DNA from: Balamuthia mandrillaris
Taxonomy: Eukaryota
Direction: 5' to 3'
DNA length: 64,000 nt
Assembly (NCBI GenBank): GCA_031835245.2
Contig: JAVKOQ020000001.1
Location: forward strand, 558,001-622,000
The notes beneath the pieces are model-generated. The model had not been told where the DNA came from. It saw only the letters and a list, made by a program, of their open reading frames with translations, and ran no database searches. Each line of letters opens with the position of its first letter. Positions within the stretch are counted from its first letter, which is position 1. The position numbers and the translations under genes were made by a program. Below, piece by piece: positions 1 to 12,075 of this stretch.

Positions 1-1124
1 ATTACTGCAGTATTGTTACACCAACAAGATAGAGCGGAGCAAAGTAAGTCTGGATTTGCTATTGTTGGCACGATCAGTGAGCTTTTGGGGATTGGCCCTT
101 TTCTGCGAACATTCGGCAGTGTTGGAGATGGAGCTGGAACCTGCTCTGCGGGAACGTGGTGTGTTTCCCATTTGTAGATTAGACCCTTCGCTCAACATTT
201 TTCAATTGTTAAAGGTTCGATTCTGCTTCTCTCTCCTCTGCTCCTCTTCTCTCCCCGAAATGTCCTCATTTTCTTAGGCGTAATCAACAGACAGCAACTA
301 AACACGAGTTGAATGGATTGAAAAACTTTTGTATGGATTATTTGCTGTTGCACTTTGACACGTTATTGCCTGACTATGAAGAGGAATGCGCCAACATCGA
401 TGATGATCTCCTTGACACCATCCTTCAGGCCGGAATGAACCATAAGGCCCTACGTATTTCCTACATCGACAATATCCCCTCATCTGCATCCGGTGTAAGT
501 CTTATTCGTCCCTGTTCTGCTGTTCCCTTTCTCACTTATAATTGGCCCTAACAAATAAACAGCAGAAGGCAGTGACGGACCAGCTGCGGGATTCGTTAAC
601 AAAAAGCAGTGACCACCAGCTCCCCACTGTGTGGTTCGATACAGACACTGCCACAAACCAAGCCTGCCTCATCAGCCAACCGCACGCATTGCCACTCTCC
701 GTGGTCTGCGAAAACGAAGTCCGAAGCAGACAAGCCACTCCATTAGACCGGCTCTTGCAATTGGGCGTTGCAGTAGTGCGTGTAAGCAACATCCCACCAA
801 GTTGGAGTGGACACTACGTCTACAAGTTCTTTTCCGAGTGTGGGCTGTTGCCTTATCCTTCCTTAGGGTGGCAACCCTCTGACTATAGTCCTACGGGGCA
901 ACTGAAAGTGGCTCGGAACCCAAAGTTTCCGGCCGAGTCATGTACGTCCTTGCTCTCTCTCGTTCTCTCTCTCTCTCTCTCGCTGCTATCTTAGCTGACT
1001 CTCATGCTTTGTAGTAAAAGTGGCCTTGTGGACGTTGGATGGAATGAAGGTGGAAGATGGGTACTCTTTGCAATGGGAACCTTATCTGGAGTTTGCCTTT
1101 GGAGAGCACACAAAAGAGGGTTAA
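1..1124 (+). CDS. 5'-truncated multi-exon gene with BTB/BACK-like helix and possible RRM-like segment
   Basis: Spliced reading NIFQLLK|TATKHELNGLKNFCMDYLLLHFDTLL resembles the BACK helices that follow a BTB domain; VVRVSNIPPSWSGHYVYKFFSECG is RRM-like; last exon ends FAFGEHTKEG* at 1124. Confidence 0.5.
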
Positions 1125-1188
1125 GTTATTATTGTTTGAACATATTATTATCTGAACTTTTAAAAGACAAGAAAGAATGAAGGTTTGT

Positions 1189-1420
1189 TCATGCTGCCAA
1201 AGAGGGGATGGGGTCCAATGGGAAGGTGGTTTTCGCTCCACGCAAGACCTTGTCCACAAACTCGTTGATGTTGGTGGCCTCGAAGGCACCCTTAAAGTCA
1301 GCTGCCCGTTTCTTGTGAGGACTCAACAACACCAATCCCGGCAAGTTATCCGACACTCCAAAGTCGTTCCTAAACTTGCTTTCCTTCTCTGTTGTCGTTA
1401 AGAAATCTTGAGCAAAGGCG

Positions 1421-1464
<44 letters not shown>

Positions 1465-2285
1465 AAACCTCCATCAATCCACAAAAATACAACAGCTCCA
1501 TTTGACCGACGATCCGCAGCCAATTGCTCCACCAAAGAGACATACTTCTCTCTGTCTTCGCTAGGGAGGAATGCCAGCCCGCAAAGCGCCCTTTGAGAGA
1601 GACACTTGACCTCCCAATCCTTTTGTGTGACTACCTGCAATCCTTCCGTGTCGGGTTCCACCTTTGGTTTGGTCTCCGCAGCGGGAGGAGGATTGCTGCT
1701 GCCCTTCTTGGAGGAGGATGAAGCGGAGCCAGAGAAAGGAGCGGCATAACCCTGAAGGAACTTCTCAATGTCGGAATATTGCAGCTCTCCTTGGTATGGC
1801 ACTTGCTCTCCTTCCTTAGTAATTACCATCAAGGTTGGGAACTTCTCCACGCTGAACCTAGTCACTATCATTTTTGTGATAACGAGTCAGACGATGAAAG
1901 GAGAAAAGGAAACGCAAAGCAGATAAAATACCAAGCTCGGCCTCTGTGTTTTGAACGTCTCCGAATTGGAGGCGACCAGCAAAGTTGTTGGCAAGAGCCT
2001 TGAAGAGGTTGGTTCTCTTGGGCTTGTTGGTGAAGAGTAGCACCGAGGCAGATGTGTCTTTGCCCTTCTCAAGAAACTCCTCAACGTTGGAGGAGACCAC
2101 CCGCTGGATGCCCTTTTCGTTGAGCTTGGCCGTCAGCCAGCTCACGATGGCAGCCGCAGTGCGTGGGCCTTGATAGTCCTCCACCGGAGTGTCCGATCCG
2201 GATTTGAAGAGCTTCAACGTTGGGAAACCTTTTATATTTTAAAGCAACAACAACAACAACCAAAAAAGGGTCAGTGGTCATCGAC

Positions 2286-2362
<77 letters not shown>

Positions 2363-2822
2363 AGAGACAGAGACAGAGAGAGAGAAAGGGACAATGAAAG
2401 AAGTGAGAAGAGAAACCTTGAATGCCATATTTTCCGGCAAGAGGGCGGTTGCTTTCGACATCGCAGTTGACGGCGGCCACCTGGATCATGCCTTGCAAGT
2501 TCTTGGCTACCTTCTCATATTCAGGAGAGAGCGCTTTGCAATGACCACCTTTTTTTTTTCAAACCAAAATGTTCGGTAAGAAGAAAAACAGAAAAAGAAA
2601 AGGAAGGAAGAAGAGGAGGTGCTTGGAGGACGTACACCAAGGAGCGTAGAACTCTACCAACGTGTATTTGGGGCTGTTCACCACTGTAGAGACAAAGTTT
2701 TGTGGGGTGAGCTCGATGACGCCGCTGTTTTTGCCATAAGGCAGCGCCGCAACCAGCTGCAGGCAACCCACCAACACTGCCACCGCCACTACCGCCGCGA
2801 GAAAAGTGAGGTTCTTCATCAT
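1189..2822 (-). CDS. Protein disulfide isomerase family protein (one active thioredoxin domain, PDIA6/Mpd1-like)
   Basis: Signal peptide MMKNLTFLAAVVAVAVLVG; VEFYAPW-CGHC assembled across the first intron; QVAAVNCD, YQGPRTAAAIV; ends PLDPIPSLAA*. Confidence 0.9.
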
Positions 2823-3013
2823 CGTTCTTCTTCTTCGGTGTTTGTCTCTACTCAATTTTTCTTTTTGGCAATTTTTTTCACTGTCCTTTTTAATGATTAT
2901 TTTCCGGTTACGTGTCACCATGCGATTGGTCCACGTATTTTTCCGAAATTTCCAAACAATAAATTATTTCCTGGAAAACATATTTTTTTCTTCTTTCGAA
3001 GCGAAGAGACACT

Positions 3014-5569
3014 TTATTGCATGGACCAATCGAACGGTCGGAACGCTTTTTTAAAGTCCTTGGCCAGCTGCACCTCCTCTTCTTTGGTTAGCACGCACTG
3101 CCGCCAGTCTGCCTTTTCTGGTTGTCCCATCAAAGCGGCCGCTATCTCCCTTTTTGGTTTGGGAAATGCCCAACGAAAAGCCAGAGGACAGAAAATGTTA
3201 ATTTTTTGCAAAGAAGAAGAACAAGAAGAAGAGGGACGATAAGAACGAGAAAACGAACCTTCCCAAATTCATCGATATCTTCTTCTCTCCAACAAGATGC
3301 AAAAAGGCATCATGCATGGGAGTCTCCCACAAGAAATACGGACGTCCTTTCGTCACGCTCCGCAAAGCCATCCACCCTTTCTCTTCTCCTCCACCTTCTC
3401 CTCCTCCTTCCAAGTTCAACGGTCTCAATTCCAGCTCTCTCTTTGTGGCTTCTTCCTCAAAGAAGGGACCGGCTCGCTCCGCATCCTCGTTTCTCGAGAG
3501 GGGGATGACTTGCACGTGGCAATGATGATTGGAGTGAAGAAAACGTTCAAAGCAAACCATGCCCTTGTAGCCTTTGCTCTCTTCAAAGAAACGCCGCAGA
3601 GAGTGCTTGTACCGTTGAATCTCTTGGATGACTGCAGGGGGAAGAGAGGCCACGCTGCTGACGTGGTCGATGGGAATGATGAGGACATGGTCAGGAGAGA
3701 GACCGCCTTTGGCAAGTGCCACGTAGACCGTTTCTCCCACGCTTACCACTAGATGCTTTTCGACTTTAGGACTCTTTAAGCAGAACCAACAGTCGCTTCC
3801 TCCTCTGTCGCCTCTTCTGTCAGCAGAATCTCTGTCTCGCCGTTCTCTACCTCCTCTTTCTTCTTGGTCATTGTATGTTCTCTGTCGTTTTGTGGGCGAT
3901 GGATCAGGGAGTAATCCTTCACCAGCTCTTCCTCTATCATCCCTTCTATAATAATTGGAATCACCGCCTCTTCCGCCTCTTCCTCCTCGAGGAGGTGGTG
4001 CTTGAAGATTCCAACGATAGGCAGCAACACTGTCTTCATCCGCTGCTTCGCTTTGTTTTTGTTGTGAAAGAGCAGACGACGAATTTACTTCTTCGTGATA
4101 GGGAGATGGAGTCGTGTTGGGTGGCGGTCGGATCATGTCTGGTGGTGTTGGGACCACAGATAAAGGAGTTAAACTCGCTGCATAGAAAAACTGTTGTGAC
4201 GTTAGTTGACAAACAACGAAGAGAAAGACGGAAGAACAAGAACAACAACAAGAAAGTACCCTCTGTTTAAGCTTGTTGCCAAGGTAGCCAAGGCCAAAGA
4301 AGCGTGTAACACGCGAAGAGGGGCTGCGATAAGGAGGCCGCTCGTAGAATATGTTTTCGTTTCCTGCAAAGTGATATCGAGGCTGCAATATTTTGGCTAT
4401 CTCAGCTGTGGCCGAGGAACCTATACCTACAACAGATAACAGGTTGGCAGCGACGCTTTGTTGGTCTTTGCTTACTTGTTGCTGCTGAGGTAGTTTGGGG
4501 TAATCAGCTTCTCTATTAAGGACAATAACTGTGTGAATGAGCGAGAAGCCAGCAGATCAAAGAGAGAAGAGAAGAAAAGAGAGAAGGGACTGAAGAATGC
4601 AAATAGAAATGGAAAAGAGAAGAGAAGAGGTGAGAAAATAAAGGGTAACCGACTTGAGATTCTTTAAAGAGCCACTTGGCCAGTGCGTCGTTAAAAGCAC
4701 ATCCACATCAACGCATTCGCAAAGCCATGCTTTACTCTTATCATCTGAGTCACAAACAATTGCATTAGTTTCTCTGTTGTGAGTCTTCATTCAAGCACAT
4801 AGATGAGAGAACGAAGAGAGGAATGCACAAAGGAGGAGAAGAAACACGTACCAAGTGGTGAGTCCATGTTGCTGCGGAGCGTGGCAAAATAAGCCACATT
4901 CAGGCCAGAGACTTGGATGTTTCCATAGCCACCTTTTTTTTAAACAACCGTCAGAGAAGAGCAACCAAAGCGAGAGAAGCAGAGAAGAGTAAGAGAGAAT
5001 GAGAGAGAGAGAGTGAGAGTAAGAAGTGAAACAAGCAGATGAGAGAGAACCACACGTACCCAACTTGGTGATATTTTCACACAAAGGTTCGTCTCCAAGG
5101 GAGGTGCCGTCCAAAAAGAAGGTCGGCAAAGGGGCTGGTGGAAAAAAATGCGTACATAAGCGCAAGAGCAAAGAGCTTGTTCAGAGGGCAGCATGAGAGG
5201 AGGCGTACCTCGTTTCTGGCCGCTGATGTATTCCTTCAGCTCAGCGTTGTTGTTGGCCTCCGCCTGCAGAAACGTGCCCACGCAAAAGAGCGCAGCAAAG
5301 GGACCCGCCTTCCGGTTCAATGGCTCCACTTTGGCAAAGAGCTGATGGATCTGGCCGTTCACATCGCCGCACACCAAACTGATGCGCAGTGAAGACAAGA
5401 AAAGAGAGAGAGAGAGAGAGAGAGAGAGGTTGTTGTGAAAAAGTCAGCTGTCGTCCGTACTGCAGGAGGAAAACAACCACAACCACAAAGTGCAGCAAGA
5501 GAAGAGGAGGAGGAGCAGCAGCAGAAGGAGAAGAAGAAGGAGAAGAAGAAGAAGAAGAAGAAGAAGAAG

Positions 5570-5607
<38 letters not shown>

Positions 5608-5664
5608 ACACACATACATTTTAACGGGCGCTGCACTAGTGGGGGCGGCAGAGCTGGGCTGCAT
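3014..5664 (-). CDS. CWF19L1: CWF19-like protein 1 (metallophosphoesterase-like N-terminus plus CwfJ C-terminus)
   Basis: LVCGDVNG...GPFAALFCVGTF; VDVLLTTHWP; QPRYHFAG..FYERPPY; CWFCLKSPKVEKHLVVSVG; ends DFKKAFRPFDWSMQ*; multi-exon. Confidence 0.92.
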
Positions 5665-5873
5665 CTTTTTTCGTTGCTTTTTGCTCAAAGAAGAGGTCGG
5701 TCCTAATACCCTAATAGATTAGCTCCAATTCACCTATTACATCGGCTTATCCTTCCAATACAACAATTTGATATTATGCTGGAAATTATTCGGAAAAGCT
5801 AATAGCTATTAGGTATGGAAACTTCAAAAAAAAAATTAAAAAAAGAAAAAGAAAAAGAAAAAGAAACATAAAC

Positions 5874-6297
5874 ATGTTGGAGCAGCTATGCAACGAGCTG
5901 TTGCTCAAGATCTCCTCCTTTCTGGAGCCGCGGGACCTCTCCTCCCTCCACCAATCCTCCAAGCAGCTGTCCTTGGTGGCCGCCGATCCTTCCCTTTGGC
6001 TGCCTCACCTCTGCTCCTCCTCCTCTACCGACGACCGAGCGGAGGGTTGGTGGCTGGTCGATCGCTTGGCGGTCGGAGCCTCGGTGGGTGAAAGCGGGGA
6101 AAAGGCGGGGAGGGAGGAAGCAACCCATTCGATAGGGAGCACGGAACACCTTGGGTTAGCGTGCAGAAAGCTGTGGCGGCAGAAACAGTTGAAGCGGCTC
6201 TACTCGTTGCTGCACGAGCAGACCTTGGGCTGGATCGAAAGCCAACGGCACGACACCCTCTCCCCACAATGCAGCGTTTGTGCCATCATGGTCTTTG

Positions 6298-6329
<32 letters not shown>

Positions 6330-7924
6330 CTCTCTCTCTCTCTTCTCTCTTCTCTCCCTGCTCTCTCTCCTCTCTCTCTCTCTCTCTTCTTCTTCTTCTT
6401 CTTCTTCTTCTTCTTCTTCTCTTCTTCTTCGTCTCTCTTCTCTACTTTCTCTCTCTTCTCTCTGCTTAACCATGAAACTGTTAATAGGTGGGAGACGAGT
6501 CGGCATTTCCCTGTGCGGGTGGCGAGTCTGAGTGGGGCATTGACGACGTGTTGCCACACCTTTCATGGTGCACTGTTGACAGAAATGCCAAAGTGCAAGC
6601 CACGGGAACCAACCACAGCAACGACTTTGGTCCCTCCGCCTCCACACGTTATTACCCAATAGAGGCGCGTCAACTTGTAAAGATGCATGCTAACATGAAG
6701 CCTTCTATTCGTGACCATCCGCTTCATCTTAATATTGAGCATTCATTATGTGGTACGTTCTCTGCTCTCTCTCTCTCGCTCTCCTCTCTCTTCCCTCCTC
6801 TCTTCCAAGGTGACTAACGTGGTTTAATTCTTATGTTGTTTCAGTTGGAAAGGAGATCATACGCTACATGCCTCTTGATGCGGATAAGTTGGAGGTTCCA
6901 AATGTGATTGTTCTCTTCTTTTCTGTTGTTGACATTTGCACCTTTCATTCGCTTCGTCTTGAGGTTCGTTTTTTCACTGCATCGGTATACATCCACTAAC
7001 TTGCTTTCCTCTCTCTCTCTAATTTTTAGGCAATACCAGCTGTACAAACTCATTTTCCTGGTGTGCCCATTCTTTTGGTTGGCACTCGCAGTGATAGCCG
7101 AGAAGCACGCGGTGAGGACGATACCATCAGTACCTCTAGGGTTACTTTCGCATCCTTCTTGCTCTCCGTCTTTCTCTTCCTTACAAACGACTTTAAAAAA
7201 AAAAAAACAGGGAGAGCAACTAGCAAGGGAGATAGGGGCAATAGACTACGTCGAATGCGCCACAAAACATCCCAAAGGACCATCCCAACTCCTCCAAACG
7301 ATTCTTCAAATAGGAGTTTGGGACGCAATCCTCAAGCACAACCGCAAAGAGGCCGCCGTGCACTACGGCATTAGTTGTGATGGATGCGGTAAATTCTCCA
7401 TCCGCGGAGATCGCTTTGTATGCAAAGATTGTGCTCCACGGCGGCAGTATGACCTCTGCGCTAGTTGTTGGCGAATGCCTTTTGCAAAGTTGTTGGCGGC
7501 ACAAAGAAGAGATGGCAACAAAGAAGAGGAAGGAGAAGAAAGGCATCAGCATAGCGCTTTGCATCGTTTCATCAAGCTGAGGAGACCTGCCTCAGCAAAA
7601 GCTGTCAGGGCACTTCTTGCACGAGGAAGTCACGCTTTCAACTCGGAAGAAGGAGAAGAGGAAGAAGAGAACGAAGAAGAGGGTACGGGAGCAAAGCAGA
7701 CGGAAAGGGCTCCGTTTTGGCATAAAGAATTCTTGAAGGAGATCTACCAATCCAACCAACAGCAGCATCATCGTGCAAAGAGGACAAACTTCAACCATAG
7801 GAAGCAGCATCGCAGTTGTTGGCAAAAGAAGAGAAAGAGGGCCACTGCTGCGATTCGTGGAGACGGTGGCAGTAGTTTTCAAGAGAGCAACAATCGCAAG
7901 TCAGCACGACGAGGCGGCAAATAA
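5874..7924 (+). CDS. F-box + degenerate Rho-like GTPase + ZZ zinc finger protein
   Basis: F-box LEQLCNELLLKISSFLEPRDL..ADPSLW; Rho-like PGVPILLVGTRSD and GEQLAREIGAIDYVECATK; ZZ HYGISCDGC..RGDRFVCKDC..YDLCASC. Confidence 0.8.
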
Positions 7925-8013
7925 CCAAAGCTGTAAAAAGAACAGATCAACATGAACACTGAGGTTGAGATGAATGAAATGAGTTCTGGAAGACAATCAA
8001 CATTTTTTGAAAG

Positions 8014-9187
8014 CTACCGAAGTGAAGATGTTTCTTGTTCTTCTGCTTCGTCTTCGTCATCTTTCTCTGTTGATGCCGAAATAGCAGGCAGTGCGCTCTC
8101 CTTTTCGGCTTCTTCCTCCTCATCAGAGGAAGATGGCAGCCTGTTGAAGAACTCATCATCGATTGGGATGAGCGCTTTGGAGATGCCCTCCGGCGTCCAT
8201 TGCTCCTCAGTGAGGGCCATGTCCTCCGTGAAAGCGCCATGCCGCGTGCGATGAAGCTCCGCCACATAGCCGCACGTTCCTACCCCTTCGCATATGTCAT
8301 GCACCAACCGCCGCACGTACATTCCTGCTCCTGAGGATACCTCTTGTTTACGAAAGCAGAAAGACGAGAAGAGAAGCAGAGCAGCGAGAATGAAGAAAGA
8401 AGAAAGAAAGAAAGAAAGAAAGAAAGGAACAAACGAGAAAGAAAGTACGCAGAGTAAAGTACGGGCTGTCCCAGGAAAGTAGCTCAAGGCTATGAACCTG
8501 GACAGGCCGCGGCTGAAGCTCCACATGCTGCCCCTTTCGTGCCAGCTCATAGAGCCGCTTCCCACCGCGGCTCAACGCGGAGAACATGGGAGGCGTTTGC
8601 AGGATGTCGCCCGTGAACTTGGGCAGCGCGGCCTCGACCATCTCACGAGTGACGTGACAGTAGTCCTTCTCCTGTAGCACCCGCCCGGTTTTGTCCATGG
8701 AGTCCATCTCTTGGCCCATCTTTGCTTTGGCAATATATTCCTGTGGCAAAGATGAGAGAGGAGTGTGGAAAGAAAGGAAGAAAGGAAGAAGAGATGAAGG
8801 GTGAACCTTTGTTCCTTTGAGATAGGTGAAGAGGGCTTTGCAGCCATCACCGACACCAATCACTGTGATTGCATACACAAACAAGAACAACACAAAAGAC
8901 GTCAAGTCAGTGGCAAACCGTTAGAGTTGTGGAGCAGAAGAACTCTCTCTCACCTATCACTCCAGTTGCAAACGGATCAAGCGTTCCTGTTTGGTTTTAG
9001 TAATGTTTTGAGCGTTGTTCGCAGGTCGTTGGTTGATGAAAAACGGACCTCCGTGCCCTACTTTTAGTCTTGAGCGTCGTGATGGTGAGGATGGGGAGGA
9101 CAGCGGCTGCAAAGCGCGACGAATCTTTGCCACGACCCCAAACGAAGATATGCCACTCGGTTTGTTCACCGCAAACACTCCGTTCAT
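8014..9187 (-). CDS. truB: tRNA pseudouridine-55 synthase TruB family
   Basis: GVFAVNKPSGISS; KVGHGG|TLDPFATGV (catalytic Asp across an intron); QTPPMFSALSRGGKRLYELAR; GMYVRRLVHDI. Confidence 0.93.
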
Positions 9188-9405
9188 CTTCCTTTTTGTC
9201 TCTGCCTCTTTCTTTCTTTTTGTTTTATTATTTATACGTGTGATATATCTAATGAGGGCGGAGGGCTAGCGATGGCGGTGTTGCATGGGGGGACCACCTC
9301 TGCCATCCCACTCCCTTCTTGTTTGGTGTTGTTGCCATGCCTCAGCATGGATATAATACATTGGATGGTGTTACATAGTTGGTTGGAACGTGGCGGAGGC
9401 TGCTG

Positions 9406-11420
9406 CTAATCTTCGAAAGTGACCACGGGGGGTGGGCGGCCGTGCAGGCATCGCGGATCATGTATGCAGGCGCTCGTATCAAGGCAGTGGTTGTGCGAGC
9501 GGCTCACCTCTTGAGACTCGACGTGGAGATGAGCCCTGCGACAGCACTCCTTTCGTTTGCAGAGATGAGTTACTTCTTGCACAACCTCATCTTTTGCGGC
9601 ACAAAAGATAAGGTGAGTTCTCAGCATGAGAATGAGAGGAGAGACTGAGACTGGGAAACCAGAGAGAACAAGAAGGCTTGAAGATGAATACCATGTCTTG
9701 CAGCTGGTAAGAGGTAGCTCTCTCCATGCGCTACTATCACAGCCTGGTCGAGGGGAATGATTATTCCGTCGGTGATGTGGATGGTGGGATAAGCGTTCCG
9801 GGGTTGGGGAGCAGCTGCCAGACGGCATACCCCGTTGTGGTCCACTGCTTGGAGACGCCCTTCGCTTAGCCAAGCATTAAGCGTTCTCGATGTCTCCTCC
9901 AATGAGGCCTGGAGCGCATTGGTCATCGGCAACGTTGCCGGGCCAAAGCTGTCTCGGTTTCGTAAGACGATGACCTCTTCCATGAGTGCGCAGCGAATGC
10001 AAATTTGGAATCTTGGTGGAAGGGTTTCGAAAGGCAGGAGATAATATGTTTGACGGCCAGCCTTGAGCGTCTTACCGAATATATTTCCGTTACGAGAGCG
10101 GGTCAACTGGTGGGTGACGTTACCTCTGGTAACCGGCTCTGGTCGCCGGCGCCCACATTGTTGGAAATAGGCATCTCTTAGAGCGTTCAAGCTCCTCCAC
10201 ACTTCTTTTGAGCCAATGCTAGTCTCCTCGTTTGTGGCTGGCCACTTGAACAGCACCCATGCTGTCCAGACTCCCCCAGCCCATCGTAGATTTGTGTCTG
10301 GCATGAAGCCACTCCCAAGCAGAGGTGATGAATCTGAAGCAGATGAAGATGGAGAAGAACGTGGAGAAATAGATCTTGCAGCCGAGAGAGCTACAGCATG
10401 AGTAGTCTCAGCTGTGGTCGAAGGTGAATTAGAAGAAGCGGCTGGGCAAGCAGCAGCAGGAGAAGAAGAAGGCGATGAAGCAGAAGCACAAGAAGAAAAT
10501 GAGCAGCCAGATGTCCATAATAATAGTGGATCATCTTCGTCGTTTTCTTCTATCGCTTTTTTCAAAGGTGATGAAGAAGAAGAAGATGGAAATGAAAAAG
10601 AAGAAGAAGAAGAACAAGATGAAGATGAAGAACAAGAAGAAGAAGAAGAAGAACAAGAAGAACCAGAAATACAAGAGGACGGAAGGCTATGAGAAGGAAA
10701 GATTGGACAGGAGCATCTGCGTGCATATTCTTGAACTCGAGAAGGCATCAAAATTGAAACCAGGTCGCCTCGTACCAGTTCTTCTTGTCCGTCTCTCAAT
10801 TGCACCTTGAAATATAAGGAATCCTCGGTCTGTCCAGCCACCGCTTGAGCGTGATCGTTCAATATCCTTACTGCGTGCTTGTGTTCCATGGGACTGAGCG
10901 GTTTGTATGTTTCTTTAGTAGATTCGACTGGTATACCATTGCAAAGCTGAGAAAGGGAGTCAGCCTAACAAGCTAGAGGTTTAAAGAACAACGAAGACAA
11001 ACATGAATAGACCAAGGAAGAAAAATTTAAAATGAATGTAAGAAGGAAAGAATTCCAACCATCCTTCGGTGGAAGCGCCTCTGGTGTTATAGTTGTTTGT
11101 TTGGTTAATGGAGTTGTCTGTTTTTGAGGAACTGTTGTTATTGTGACTCTTTGCCTGTGTTTTGATGATATTCAGGGTGACCTGCGATCAGGGAAACACA
11201 GGCTTAGATAATAAGAACAGGACCAAATCGAAAACCACAAACAATACAACATTAAACATACACTAGAGTCAAAGTGGTGCAGTTCAGGTGGTTCCAACTT
11301 TGTAGGCTCGACTTTGAAGGACGCTTTGTTGCGTTTATTCCTCGGAGAGGCTTTCTCATCTTATTCGTCATCACTGTCCTCTATAACGATGATGTCCCTT
11401 TTTGTGTTCCGTTTATCCAT
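9406..11420 (-). pseudogene. Spliced gene (possibly inactivated) with chromo-like segments and a C-terminal His-Cys box (His-Me finger) endonuclease-like domain
   Basis: ORF 10889-9692 splices (intron 9691-9591, GT..AG, frame kept) to DEVVQEVTHLCKRKECCRRAHLHVESQEVSRSHNHCLDTSACIHDPRC; putative first exon from ATG 11420 has an in-frame TAA at 11363-11361; upstream exon boundaries uncertain. Confidence 0.7.
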
Positions 11421-11514
11421 CCCCTGCCCTCTCTCTTCAGTAGTCAATCGTTGTTGACAACAGAAACGAAACGACGCAGTGCTCTTAGAGTGGTCAAAAA
11501 TAAAACACAGAAGG

Positions 11515-11831
11515 TACACCGACTTTTACTCCTCTAAAGAGCACGCCACTAACGTTGGCACCATGTTCCGTGGAGCTGAGAACGCTCTTATGCCCAATTG
11601 GTACTTTTTTTTTGTAACATTAGTTATTTGTAGTAGCTACTGCCTGCTGTATAAATGACTTTACTTGCCTCTTATCACAGGCTTCACTTGCCAGTTGGTT
11701 ATCATGGCCGCGCCTCTTCTGTTGTGGTCAGCGGTACCCCTATTAGAAGACCTGTGGGACAGACAAGACCGCAAGATGACCAACCTCCTGTCTTTGGTCC
11801 CTGTAAATTGCTTGACTTTGAGCTGGAAATG
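11515..11831 (+). pseudogene. FAH: Internal fragment of fumarylacetoacetase (two exons and one intron)
   Basis: [29 protein letters not shown] | [35 protein letters not shown]; no N- or C-terminal FAH exons nearby. Confidence 0.9.
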
Positions 11832-11871
11832 GTATTTTTAAACCCTTTTCTTTCCTCTTGCTGCTCTCCCT

Positions 11872-11913
<42 letters not shown>

Positions 11914-12075
11914 GTATCCACGTTATAAGCATTTGGAGAGAACGTGCTTGTATGCAAGTTCCTTGCTCCTTGTGTTACGCTTGTGGATTAAAATGATGCA
12001 CCACGCTGGAGACCTTTACCAGGTCTTATCTGCTTCTCCACGGGAAATTTTTACTTTTGGAGATATGTTGTTCGA

